Source of the DNA: Octopus sinensis
Lineage: Eukaryota
Assembly (NCBI RefSeq): GCF_006345805.1
Contig: NW_021835359.1
Location: 1-40,206 of the forward strand
DNA: 40,206 bases
Direction of reading: 5' to 3'
Made by a program: the position numbers and the translations under genes. Each line of letters starts with the position of its first letter. Within the stretch, counting starts at the first letter, position 1. The notes beneath the pieces were generated by a model. It made no database searches. It saw only the letters and a program-made list of their open reading frames with translations, and was not told where the DNA came from. Positions 24,188-35,970 of the stretch are shown here, piece after piece.

Positions 24188-24571
24188 CTTTTCTACTCTA
24201 GGCACAAAGCCCAAAATTTTGGGGGGAGGGGCCCAGTCGATTAGATCTACCCCAGTACGCAACTGGTACTTAATTTATCGACCTCGAAAGGATGAAAGGC
24301 AAAGTCGACTTCGATGGAAATTGAACTCAGAACGTAAAGACAGACGAAATACCTATTTCTTTACTACTCACGAGGGGCTAAACACAGAGGAAACAAACAA
24401 GGACCGACAAACGGATTAAGTCGATTACATTGACCCTAGTGCGTAACTGGTACTTAAGTTATCGAATCCGAAAGGAGGAAAGGCAAAGTCGACCCCTGCG
24501 GAATTTGAACTCAGAACGTACCGCTAAACATTTCGTCCGGCGTGCTACCATTTCTGCCAGCTCGCCGCCTT
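24188..24571 (-). mobile_element. Dimeric SINE: full A1 monomer fused to a 5'-truncated A2 monomer
   Basis: The junction near 24353 reads ..AAAGAAATAG|GTATTTCGTCTG.. on the minus strand. One degenerate 18-bp TSD (24170-24187 and 24572-24589, 15 of 18 matching) brackets both monomers. Confidence 0.85.
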
Positions 24572-25672
24572 AATTCATACACAAATATTGCAATCCATAT
24601 AGAAATATAGGAACTTCATTTTCGAAAATTAATATTTCGAATTTGGTTGGTTAGACAGACGTAGCGAAGTATCTGTTGACCATGTAGTATCTCCGAAATG
24701 AGAATCTTTCTGAAAGATTTCCTGAATAATTATACGCAGAACAAGAGATTTGATATTTCAGGTAACAAGTATTAATATCATAATGAAAAATTTCGTGTAG
24801 ATGTGTGTCTTCTATACTAAGAACGATGGTTCCAGATAAAGATTAAGGAACTTTTTGTTCTGTTTCTTCATTTCAACTATGCACAATGGGAAACAAATAG
24901 TAATCTTTTCATGTAAAAAATAAGATCAACGCCATTTTCGGTGTGTTAGGATTACGTCTATTGTTAAAAAAGTTAATGCAATTTATTTAAGAGATGTTCA
25001 ATAGAGTTATTAACCAACTGTACTAAATTACCCTTGTCGATCATTCTTTGAACGTATTGACTATTCTTAATACTTTCCTTATATGTTCTGTGCAGCAAAA
25101 AGGTTTGGAATCACCAGACAACGCTGATGTCTTTTATTTAGAAAATTTTGCCTTTAAATTGTAAATACGAACGCGAGCGACTCTAACAAGAAAGAAAATA
25201 ATAACAGACAAGGATTCTGGATTATTTTTCCTGTTCTTTTACTTAATTTTTGAGACTCGGGTTCATTTTTAGTATTCTCGTATGTATGTATGTATGTATG
25301 TTTGTATGTATGTATGTATACATGTATGCATTTATGCATGTATATCAATATTCTTTATTAGCTAATTCTTTTGGTGACAATGATAACTATTAGTCATTTC
25401 AAATTGTTAATATCTCCTTTCATTTCTTTTCTTTTCCCCGCTAATAATTCTTTGAACGTATTGACTATTCTTAGTACTTCCCTTATATTTTCTGTGCAGC
25501 AAAAAGGTTTGGAATCACCAGACAGCGTTGGTGTCTTTTGACAATACATTTCTTCCGTCTTTTATTTAGAAAATTTTACCTTTAAATTGTAAATACGAAT
25601 GTGAGCGACTCTAACAAGAAAGAAAATAATAACAGACAAAATAAGTATCATAGAAAGAGACAAAAAAGAAAA

Positions 25673-25973
25673 TCTATATATATAAAACTGTAGTTGTGTG
25701 AGTGTCTATCCCCTTCGATTTAGATTCCTAACTACTCCCACATTTTGCGGTGCAGTTTAACCAAATTCGGGTATCTTATAGTCGTGATTCATATCGAGCC
25801 CGTCTGAGTATTAGCGCGCGTCTACGATGAGTCTACGATTTAAAAAAAAATTACCATCATTTTTTTTTCCATTTTTAATGCATTTTTTGGCTATTCTTTG
25901 GCTATAACTCTCTAAAAATGCTTATATAGTTATTTCCCTTACAAACCCGAGCAACGCCGGGCGATACTGCTAG
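25673..25973 (+). mobile_element. Non-autonomous Helitron, 301 bp
   Basis: 5' end A|TCTATATAT, subterminal hairpin CCCGAGC-AAC-GCCGGG and 3' end CTAG|T, with no TSD. Confidence 0.88.
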
Positions 25974-25992
25974 TGAAGAATAAAACAATAAT

Positions 25993-26232
25993 TAAGGGGA
26001 GGTATTATTTTTAGTCGTGTTTGTTTGTTTGTTTGTTTGTTTGTCCGTGGACAAGATATCTCAAGAACAGCTGGATGGATTCTAACGAAAGTTTTTGGTA
26101 CGTTTGGTCTCGTGACTGGCATGAACGGATAAGATTTGTTTGATCGATCCGGTACCGGACAAGGATTCTGGATTATTTTTCCTGTTCTTTCAGTTAATTT
26201 TTGAGAGCCTCGGGTTCATTTTTAGTATTCTC
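25993..26232 (+). mobile_element. Helentron-associated (HINE/DINE-like) non-autonomous element fragment
   Basis: Reads AAGGGGAGGTATT..GTCGT(GTTT)nGTCCGT..GATATCTCAAGAAC..GATGGATT..GATCCGGTACCGGA, an architecture I recall from HINE-type repeats. Confidence 0.5.
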
Positions 26233-27352
26233 GTATGTATGTATGTATGTATGTATGTATGTATGTATGTATGTATGTATGCATGTATGCATGCATGTAT
26301 GTATGTATGTATGTATGTATGCATGTATTCATGTATGCATGCATGCATGTATGTATGTATGTATGCATGCATGTATGTATGTATGTATGTATGTATGTAT
26401 TTGTATGTATGTATGTATGTATGTATGTATGCATGTATGCATGCATGTATGTATGTATGTATGTATGTATGCATGTATTCATGTATGCATGCATGCATGT
26501 ATGTATGTATGTATGCATGCATGTATGTATGTATGTATGTATGCATGTATGCATGCATGAATGTATGCATGCATGAATGTATGTATGTATGTATGTTTGT
26601 ATGTATGTATTCATGTATGCATGCATGCATGTATGTATGTATGTATGCATGCATGTATGTATGTATGCATGCATGTATGCATGCATGAATGTATGCATGC
26701 ATGAATGTATGTATGTATGTATGTTTGTATGTATGTATGTATGTATGTATGCATGCATGCATGTATGTATGTATGTATGCATGCATGCATGTATGTATGT
26801 ATGTATGCATGCATGCATGTATGTATGTATGTATGTATGTATTTGTATGTATGTATGTATGTATGTATGTATGCATGTATGTATGTTTGTATGTATGTAT
26901 GTATGTATGTATGTATGATGCATGTATTCATGTATGCATGCATGCATGTATGTATGTATGTATGCATGCATGTATGTATGTATGTATGTATGCATGCATG
27001 TATGCATGCATGAATGTATGTATGTATGTATGTTTGTATGTATGTATGTATGTATGTATGTATGTATGCATGCATGCATGTATGTATGTATGTATGTATG
27101 CATGCATGCATGTATGTATGTATGTATGTATGTATGTATGTATTTGTATGTATGTATGTATGTATGTATGTATGTATGTATGTATGTATGTATGTATGTA
27201 TGTAGTTTGTATGTATGTATGTATGTATGCATGTATGTATGTATGTATGTATGCATGTATGTATGTATGTATGTATGTATGCATGTATGTATGTATGTAT
27301 GTATGTATGTGTGTATGTATGTATGTATACATGTATGCATGTATGCATGTAT
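26233..27352. repeat. (TATG)/(CATG) tetranucleotide tract, ~1.1 kb
   Basis: Direct reading. Confidence 0.96.
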
Positions 27353-27605
27353 ATCAATATTCTTTATTAGCTAATTCTTTTGGTGACAATGATAACTATT
27401 AGTCATTTCAAATTGTTTAATATTTCCCTTCAATTCTTTTTCTTTTTCCCGCTAATAATTAGCATATGCCATTTCCATTACAAAATAATATATTTCTAAT
27501 ATATTTCCTCCAGCAATTTCAGTACTGGTATTCTTATCCCTTTAAATTTCAATATCTTTATCGTTAACGATATAGATATCAACGAATACCTCAGTGACAT
27601 TATTA

Positions 27606-27669
<64 letters not shown>

Positions 27670-28039
27670 TCTCTGCTTTGCTGCCGTCTTGTATAGATTT
27701 TTTTATCTTATCGGCAACGAACAGAGAGTGATTATGTTATTGTTAAAATTTCTCAAGAAAATATTATCCATTATTCTTTACTCTAATCTCCCTTATGTAT
27801 TACGTATCTAAAACTGAAAACTTTTCTGTGATTATTACAAAGTGTTTCTAAATGTCATTGCCAGAAAAGGCAGCTGAAATACGGTGATAGCTGCTGATAT
27901 AAGAACAATCATATCTATAGAGCTTATCTTTTGATTGGTGATGTTTTAAAATCGTTTAACTAAAATATATGACATGATGACAAAAAAATTTCGAAGGATA
28001 CAATTTGGTCCTTGCGTACGACTGAAATTCGTATACGGT

Positions 28040-28170
28040 TTCCAATTTTGGCAAAGGCCAATAATTTTGAGGGGACAGTGTATTACTTGTATTACTCGGT
28101 ACTGTCCACCTGAGCACTTCACTGGTACTTTATTTTATCGACTCAGAAGGATAAAAGGCAAATTTAACTT
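28040..28170 (-). mobile_element. Decayed SINE-A body and tail running into the minisatellite
   Basis: Reads ACTGGTACTTTATTTTATCGACTCAGAAGGATAAAAGGCAAA. Confidence 0.7.
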
Positions 28171-28390
28171 CGATCAAAGTTAACCTCGATCAAAGTTAAC
28201 TTCGATCAAAGTTAACCTTGATCAAAGTTAACCGCGATCAAAGCTAAACGTGATCAAAGTTAACCGCGATCAAAGCTAAACGTGATCAAAGTTAACCTCG
28301 ATCAAAGTTAACCGCGATCAAAGTTAACCTCGATCAAAGTTAACCGCGATCAAAGCTAAACGTGATCAAAGTTAACTGCGATCAAATTTA
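28159..28390. repeat. 16-bp minisatellite (GATCAAAGTTAACCTC variants), ~14.5 units
   Basis: GATCAAA recurs exactly every 16 bp from 28172 to 28380 (14 times). A 32-bp higher-order dimer occurs three times. Confidence 0.96.
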
Positions 28391-28839
28391 GCGACAACTT
28401 ATGCTTTTAATGTCATTTAGCAAAGGATAAATATCACATCTTCCATTTACTGTTCCCCAATCAAAAGAAACAAACATGCGTTTGGCAATGGTCAGCTGAA
28501 ACGCGAATGGTCACGACACGGTTTCAATTCCTAGTTTTAAATATTTCACTTCATTTTGTTTCGTTTGGAATTACATGTCTTCAAAAGAGCCATCACTTCA
28601 ATAAATTCCTATTTCTCCCATAGAAATCAATATTTGCATAAATAAAGGAATCTTGTCGATATTTCCTGTCGTTTGAATTGTAATCCGGTTCGAAATGGGG
28701 AATCTTTCGGTATCTTTTTTTTATATTTTATTACCCGTCGATTTTCGGGAAGAGGGTCAATATGGGATCGAATGTTTTTTTGTTTTTTTAATGGATTGGT
28801 CAAATGAGGAAAACAAATGTCCGGGTTTGTCTTTGGATG

Positions 28840-29132
28840 CAGGAAGGAAAGAGAGGAACGAAAGAACAAAGAGAAGAACGAAGGAACGAAGGACGAAAGA
28901 AAGAAAGAAAGAAAAAAAGAAAGAAAGAAAGAAGGAAGGAAGGAACGAAGGAAAAAGAAAGAAAGAAAGAAAGAAGAAAGAAAGGAAGAAAAGTTGGCAG
29001 TAAGGAAGGAAGGAAGGAAGGAAGGAAGGGAAAAAATGAAAGAAAGAAAGGAAGAAAAGTTGGAAGGAAGGAAGGAAGGAAGGAAATAGAAAGAAAGAAA
29101 GAAAGAAAGAATGAAAGGAAGGAAGGAAGGAA
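28840..29132. repeat. (GAAA)/(GAAG) purine tract
   Basis: Direct reading. Confidence 0.93.
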
Positions 29133-30394
29133 GTTAACCCCCCAAAACCTAGCTTGAATGCTTGCCACAGCATCGACTCCAGTAAAGATAGTCAACGACC
29201 GGGTAAGGATGAGATGTTAAACTGGTTGATGAATGAAGTCCAGCAACGAAAACCAACCAACGACGGTCTATCCGATGGCTTCCGCCCAGTTGAGAAAACT
29301 TGAAATGACCTGATGGTGTGTTAAAAGACACCAAACCGAGATAACACAGAGCGGGACTCGACCCCGAAACCACCCGGTTTTCAGAATGAAACCATTGACC
29401 ATGCAGCAGCCGTTTATTCTCTTTCCTTATCAAGTACGATTTTCATTCCAGTTGGGAAGAAAAATATGTCTTTGATCAAAGGAAACAACGTTGGCCGGAT
29501 TAGTTGTGAACTTGGTGTTGAATCCTGTCAAAATATTTTCTATCATTCTCAGAAATATTCTAAGTTCAAAATCTAAAGAATTTGGTTAAATAATGACTAT
29601 TTCTGGAAGAATTATTGAGTTCCAGTCAATGAAACCAATATATATGCGTCGTAGGAAATGCAATATGTCTGGTCTGTGTGCGTCGATCTAAGATATGCAG
29701 TGTGTCGTGTATGTGTGTTTCTATACCAGGAACCATATTCCTCGAAGTTATACAATATGTCAGTGTGTGTTTCTCTAAGATATGTAATATGTCTGTGGCA
29801 TTTTGACCAACATCTCGGAACATTACCGATCAGGATTTTCTAAATAGACAATATCTTTCACCAGTTACTTTGTCCAGCCACATGCTGTGTAAACTGATGA
29901 CCGCAACATATCGATTTTGAATGTTTATTAATGCGTTCACATCTTGATGATGATTCATACAGTAGAATTGTCATCTTATGTATGTGCTACATGTTACATA
30001 TTTTACATGTCCCTGAACAATTCCCTCTAATTAAACGACTCTTTTTCATCTCCCGTCTTTTCCAATGTTTCTGTCTAATGCCAGCGAAGGACGAATTGTC
30101 AGGATCATAAAAGTCGATTTATTAAATGACTAAGAATATTGATATTCGCCAGAACAATCTTTTACATTTGTTTCATTTGTCTCTCATTCCACTGAGGTCG
30201 GCTTAACTTTCATCCTCCAAAGTCTGATGGAAATAAATACAAATAAAACACAGGAAGCAATTCACCTCACTCCTCACCTTCCTCGCGTTTACAATTGGCA
30301 TATCGCTTATGAAAAGTTTCTCAATGACCGAGTCTGTAATACAGTTTTGATTCGCGTTTGAAAAGATTTCCCTAATGCTTTGAGGAAAGACATC

Positions 30395-30557
30395 ACAGGG
30401 ATATGTGGCAAGAAGCTTGCTTCCCAACCACATGGTTCCGGTTTCAATCCCAGTGCGTATCACCTGGAGCAAATGAATTCTAGTTTAGCCTCCGGTTTGT
30501 GAGTAGATTTGGTAGACGGAAACTGAAAGAAGTCTGTCATGTATATATATATATATA
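30395..30557 (+). mobile_element. 5' half of a decayed SINE-B
   Basis: Reads CCAACCACATGGTTCCGGTTTCAATCCC..GATTTGGTAGACGGAAACTGAAAGAAG, then (TA)n. Confidence 0.8.
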
Positions 30558-30745
30558 GTAGTTGAATGAATTATCCTAGTATGGATAATTCGGTTAACCG
30601 ATACCCGGATAGCAAATTCACGTCAGAAAAACACGGTTGAAGCTGCATGCCAAGGGCAGAGATCACGTGCTTTCGTGTGGAAATTTGTGTTTTTTCATTT
30701 ATACAAATAAATGAAAGAATGGAGTTGAATGACGATTTAACAAAA

Positions 30746-30844
30746 TTCCTTTATTCTCGACATATGTTTCGAAGACTGCATATTCCTAATTTCGAAGGAA
30801 TAAGGGGTGCATTATGCCGCCTTCTCATCAGGAAAGACAAGGAA
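30746..30844 (-). ncRNA. Type I hammerhead ribozyme motif (Penelope-like pattern), apparently intact
   Basis: The minus strand reads UUCCUUGUCUUUC-CUGAUGA-GAAGGCGGCAUA..UAUGCAGUCUUC-GAAAC-AUAU-GUC^GAGAAUAAAGGAA. Stem I is 4 bp, a 3x3 loop, then 6 bp. Stem II is long and stem III is the palindrome ACAUAUGU. Confidence 0.82.
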
Positions 30845-31226
30845 CTTATGTCGGCATCATGATGAACAAAAACTTTTAGATGACTGCCCACGCGGAGTCC
30901 ATAGCGATAATGAGTGTCTCTTTAAAATATTCCGTTATAAGCAGTGACGTCAAAAATGGTTGAATTTAGAAGATTCTAGAAAGTTCAAGAGTTCAAATAA
31001 GGCTGGAAGGGGAGAGATTACATAACAGTAACATAACAACAGAATCGAAAGATGCTGGTTGTCGTCATCTTTCATCTTTAAAGATTTGAAATGGAATATC
31101 GACACGTTGTGTCATCGTTTCTGCCCTCGTCTTGACAGAAAATTGAGATGTGCTGCGCAATTAGACACAAAGGCAGACATCTGTGCACACAAACATTCTC
31201 AGACATAGACACATGCATACACACAT

Positions 31227-31270
<44 letters not shown>

Positions 31271-31294
31271 CCACAAGTAAAAAGATATGCGAGG

Positions 31295-31327
<33 letters not shown>

Positions 31328-31368
31328 GCTATGAGTGCAGAAGGATAGAAAACGAAGATAGATTGTTC

Positions 31369-31683
<315 letters not shown>

Positions 31684-31875
31684 AACAGAAAATTACTCAA
31701 TCCAGAAAGAGATAATCGATTGCCAAAGTCGAAACTCAGGGAAACTCAATAAAAGTCAGTTCAATAACCAATTTTAATAGATTAGAGTCTGAGAAGTAAT
31801 CTAAAGCAACGCTGGTTACGTCGCATCACTTCCGGAAGTTACTGTGTGGAGCTGCCATTATGGACGTTTTATATT

Positions 31876-32347
31876 TCTCTTTTTCTCTTTCTCACTCTCT
31901 CTCCCTCTCTCTTTTCTCTCTCTCTCTAGCTATCTATCTTTCTCTATCTATCTTTTGCTCTATATATCTTTCTCTCTCTTCTTCTCTGTCTCTCTTTTCT
32001 TTCTTTCTCTCTTTATTTTTTCTCTCTCCCTCTTTCTCCCTTCCTCTCTCTCTCTCTCTCTCTCTAGCGTCTTCTCTCACTTCCTCTCTTTTTCTTTTTG
32101 CCTTCCTCTCTCTTTCTATCTCTATTTTTCACTCTCTTCCTCTCTCTCTTTTCTTTTCTTTCTTTCTCTTTTTATTTCTCTCTCTCTCCCTTTTCCTCTC
32201 CCTCCTTCTCTCTCTCTATCGTCTTCTCTCACTTCTCTTTTTCTTCCTGTCTTTCTCTTTCTATCTCTATTTTTCTCTCTCTTCCTGTCAATCTCTATCT
32301 ATCTATCTTCCTTTCTCACTTCCTCTCTCTCTTTTCTTTTCTCTCCT

Positions 32348-32394
<47 letters not shown>

Positions 32395-32415
32395 TTCTCT
32401 CTCCCTCTTTCCCTC
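31876..32415. repeat. (CT)-rich polypyrimidine tract
   Basis: Direct reading. Confidence 0.93.
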
Positions 32416-32839
32416 TTGTATAAAACACGTACGGAAACTGCACATCACGTGGCCTTCGTGTGATCAATCCCACTTCAAGAACGAGCTAATCAAACCTTAC
32501 TCAAATCAAATCCTGCTGTCATAGAACAGTATGACAATCCAAACACATAAAAGACATGGTGGTCATGGTAGGAATGCATTTAGTGATAGATCTCCTGGAT
32601 CAGATTGATTTGGAGGGAAATCATGAAAACAATATAGGAAAGACTTACCTACATTATAATACAACGAGTGTAATTTTCTATATAAATGTCTTTATTTAAT
32701 GGTTCATCGATTAATGGTTCATCGATATCCATCGACCTAAAGATAATGAAAGGTACATGATTCACGACATCAATACCAAGAATTAATTAACGATACCTGA
32801 ACGTTTCCTTTAACTTCGATAATAAAATTTGGTCCTCAT

Positions 32840-33900
32840 TTCCGACTGCTGGGTGTTACGTGAGGAAAGCAGTAAAACCAAAGGAAAAAGAAAAACCTGA
32901 ACAAACTATTTAGTTCCGTCTTGCTCACGATTAGGAATTGATGTCGTGGTATAAGTTGTAGGTGTGTTATTTTTGCTGCAAAGACAAGCTTAGCGTAGCC
33001 GAACCGAAAGATGCTTTCAGGGTTTCTGTTCGTGGAATCATTACAGGATTGATGCGTGGGGGTCCCCGATGCATGGTTGGTGAAAATTAGGGAAGAATAA
33101 GCAAGTAGAACCATCTGAGGGAAAATAGTTGGTGGAGGGGGAAGCGAGTAGGTGATTAATAATATACAGAAGGAAGTGATCAGCGGACGAAACCAGACCC
33201 AGGGACATATCAGAATTAATAGGGTCTATGTAATGAGGAGCTACATCAATACACACTGTGAAAGTGCGATTTAATGGGAAGCTGTTGATCCATGTAAGCG
33301 TGCAGTTTCGATTGAAGATTCACCTACCAGAAAACACCAAATACCTTTTAAATGATGACCCGTTGGTGGTTCACACAGAAGACTATAACTTTTTGTGATT
33401 GTGCTCTATGAAAGCCATAATGATGGCCATTAAGATGTGGGGTTTTAGGCATTGCGGAACGTCAGGATTATTAGATATCTTAACTGGGAATGGATGTAGT
33501 AGGACGGTAGTATTCAGATCAGAGATTTTGCCCTCCTTGATAACGAGACGCATTATAGGATATTTCCATAAACCAGGGTAGATCAATGTAGGGGAGAAAG
33601 ATTATAGAGGCTAGCTTTGGGATACAATGATTGAGGGTAATTTTAGGGACACTGTTTAGAGCCAGCAAACTTGTTGGTTTTTTTTGAAGCGACCCAAAGT
33701 AATTTTGCTCTTCACGTATATGTCTGTGAGGTACCTGGAGGCGTGGAAAGGGAGATTTGAAGTCCATTACCCGTAAATATGTTGTACGGAGTTGAGGAGA
33801 AAGAGAATTCTGTAAAGCTGGAAGGGATTTTGCTGAAAAATAACCGGAAAAGACCGCAAGAAACGATGGCAGTTTGAGCGATATGACATACTAACTACGC
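32840..33900 (-). pseudogene. Decayed LINE (CR1/Jockey group) reverse-transcriptase region
   Basis: Frameshifted fragments VPKITLNHCIPKLASI, WKYPIMRLVIKEGKISD, LTWINSFPLNR..V.ID and INSDMSLGLVSSADHFLLYIINHLL..FPSDGST follow the LINE RT motif order IP..VLK.CAPELA / WK.A...PI.KKG..SD / WI..FL..R / INSGVPQGSVLSP.LFLLYINDL..FADDST. Confidence 0.7.
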
Positions 33901-34117
33901 TATGACCGAAAGGATCCTTCACGTCTCCAGCAGCGGTCTTGTGGGAACTGCATTAATGGCTAAAGGCCGACAATTTTTCTTTTTTTTGTTTTTTTTTGTT
34001 GGGTATTTCTAAACATTGTGGGTTTCGTCTATATTTCAAAGGGATTAAGTCACTATAATCCATATTGAAAATAAAGAAATGAATACAGATGTAGTTGTGT
34101 TTGTGTATACGTGTGCG

Positions 34118-34155
<38 letters not shown>

Positions 34156-34189
34156 AAGAGAGAATGGTTTACCGACTTATAATTTTATC

Positions 34190-34546
34190 TATGCACGTAT
34201 ACATGCATGTATGTATGTATGCACGTATGTATGTCATTTTGTGCGACTATGTATGTATGTATGTATGTATGTATGTATGCACGTATGTATGCACGTATGT
34301 ATGTATGTATGTATGCACGTATGTATGTATGAATGTATGTATGTATGTATGTATGTATGTATGTATGCATGTATGTATGTATGTATATATGTATGTATGA
34401 ATTTATGTATGTATGCATGCATGTATGTATGTATGAATGTATGTATGCATGTATATATATATGTCTGCCTGTTTGTATGTATGTATGTATGTATGTATGT
34501 ATGCATGCATGTATGTATGTATTTATGTATGTATGTATGTATGTAT
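34190..34546. repeat. (TATG)n tract
   Basis: Direct reading. Confidence 0.95.
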
Positions 34547-35505
34547 AGGAGGGCCTATTTTTTTTCTGCAAATGTATGCTTCTATGACATTTTACATGTT
34601 GCCTTTGTTACAAAATGGCGACACACATCTAACATGGCCGCCATTCAGCAGTTGTGTGGCTTTTATAGCTATCAGTTGTTGCTATTTGTCCTGCTTTTCA
34701 AACTTCCGGCCCAGAGTTTGAGCAATTAATCTTCGTATTACTTTCCAATTCTTCATTTCGTTATTTCGTTATTTTATCGATAGTCACCATTCTGTCTGTC
34801 TAGTTGAGTTTTGCTGGGGTTTTTTTAATGTTTTTATCTTCCTTAACGTTTTCGTTTTATAATATTTATGTTGTAAAGTTTTAAATGGATTTTAACGTTA
34901 ATTTTTCTTATTCTTGTTGTTGCTGTTTTGTTAACACGTGGCTATTGTGGTTATTATTTTAAGCATACACACACCACACACACACACACATACACACATG
35001 TATTTATGTATATATACGTGTACATACTTGTGTATGTGTACGTACATATTTGTGTATATATGTATGTATATGTAAAATCGCTCCTAGTGATTTCTCTCTT
35101 GCCAAACATGCTTAATGTAATTATATTTCGCCTGGAGTTTATCTCTTTATCTTGGCGCCGAGGGCTTCTCCAAGAGCCGTCCATTTAAATACTTTCACCA
35201 TTCCTTCCTTGTTATTTATTCATTTCTTAATTAAAACATTCCACTTACCATCATACGGATGCTGTATTATCATCATCCTTACCATCGTCGTCATCATCAT
35301 CATCATCATTATCATTGTTGTTGTTGTTGTTATTTGAATTTTTTTATTTTTACATCTTTTATTTTGCTTGACTTCTGTACACTCGACGTCAGCCTCCTAT
35401 CCCGCAACCAACCGTTTGTATCTTGGTTTATATTTCGTCCTTGTATGTCCAAAAGGTTTTGGACACTTGCGAGCAATAAACGAAATTGATATTATTGTAA
35501 CTAAT

Positions 35506-35717
35506 AAGGCGGTGAGATGGCAGAGTTATTAGCACGCCGGGTGTTCAATGCTTAGCGGTATTTCGACCATCTTTACGTTCTGAGTTCAAATTTCACCGAG
35601 GTTAACTTTGCCTTTCATCTTTTCGGGGTCGATAAAATAAGTACCAGTGAACGATTGGGGTAGATAAAATCGACTATCCCCCTCCTTCAAATTATTGGAT
35701 TGTTGTTATTATTATTA

Positions 35718-35752
<35 letters not shown>

Positions 35753-35970
35753 GTTATTATTATTTTATTATTATTATATTCATCAATCATTATTATTATT
35801 AGATTATTATTATCATTATTATCATTATTATATATATTATATTATTATTATTATTATTATATATATCTTATCATTTCATTATTAATTATTATTATTATTA
35901 TTATTTTATTATTATTATTATTATTATTATCATCATTATTATTATTATCATTATTATTATTATTATTATT
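35506..35970 (+). mobile_element. SINE family A2 followed by an expanded (ATT)n tract
   Basis: Reads AAGGCGGTGAGATGGCAGA..GAGTTCAAATTTCACCGAGGTTAACTTTGCCTTTCATC, with (ATT)n at 35700-35970. Confidence 0.85.

Larger units (their letters stand above)
25043..27460. repeat. Tandem duplication: short copy 25043-25449 and long copy 25447-27460
   Basis: The copies share their start (ATTCTTTGAACG) and end (GCTAATAATT). The short copy lacks three internal segments. Confidence 0.9.

Noticed and set aside
26140-27402. Long ORFs (up to 372 aa) rich in MYVC/HTYI
   Set aside because: They are translations of the (TATG)n tract. The same applies to ORFs over the (CA)n, (ATT)n, (CT)n and (GATA)n tracts.
28159-28390. 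CRISPR or iteron array
   Set aside because: The units are contiguous 16-mers without unique spacers and derive from the adjacent SINE.
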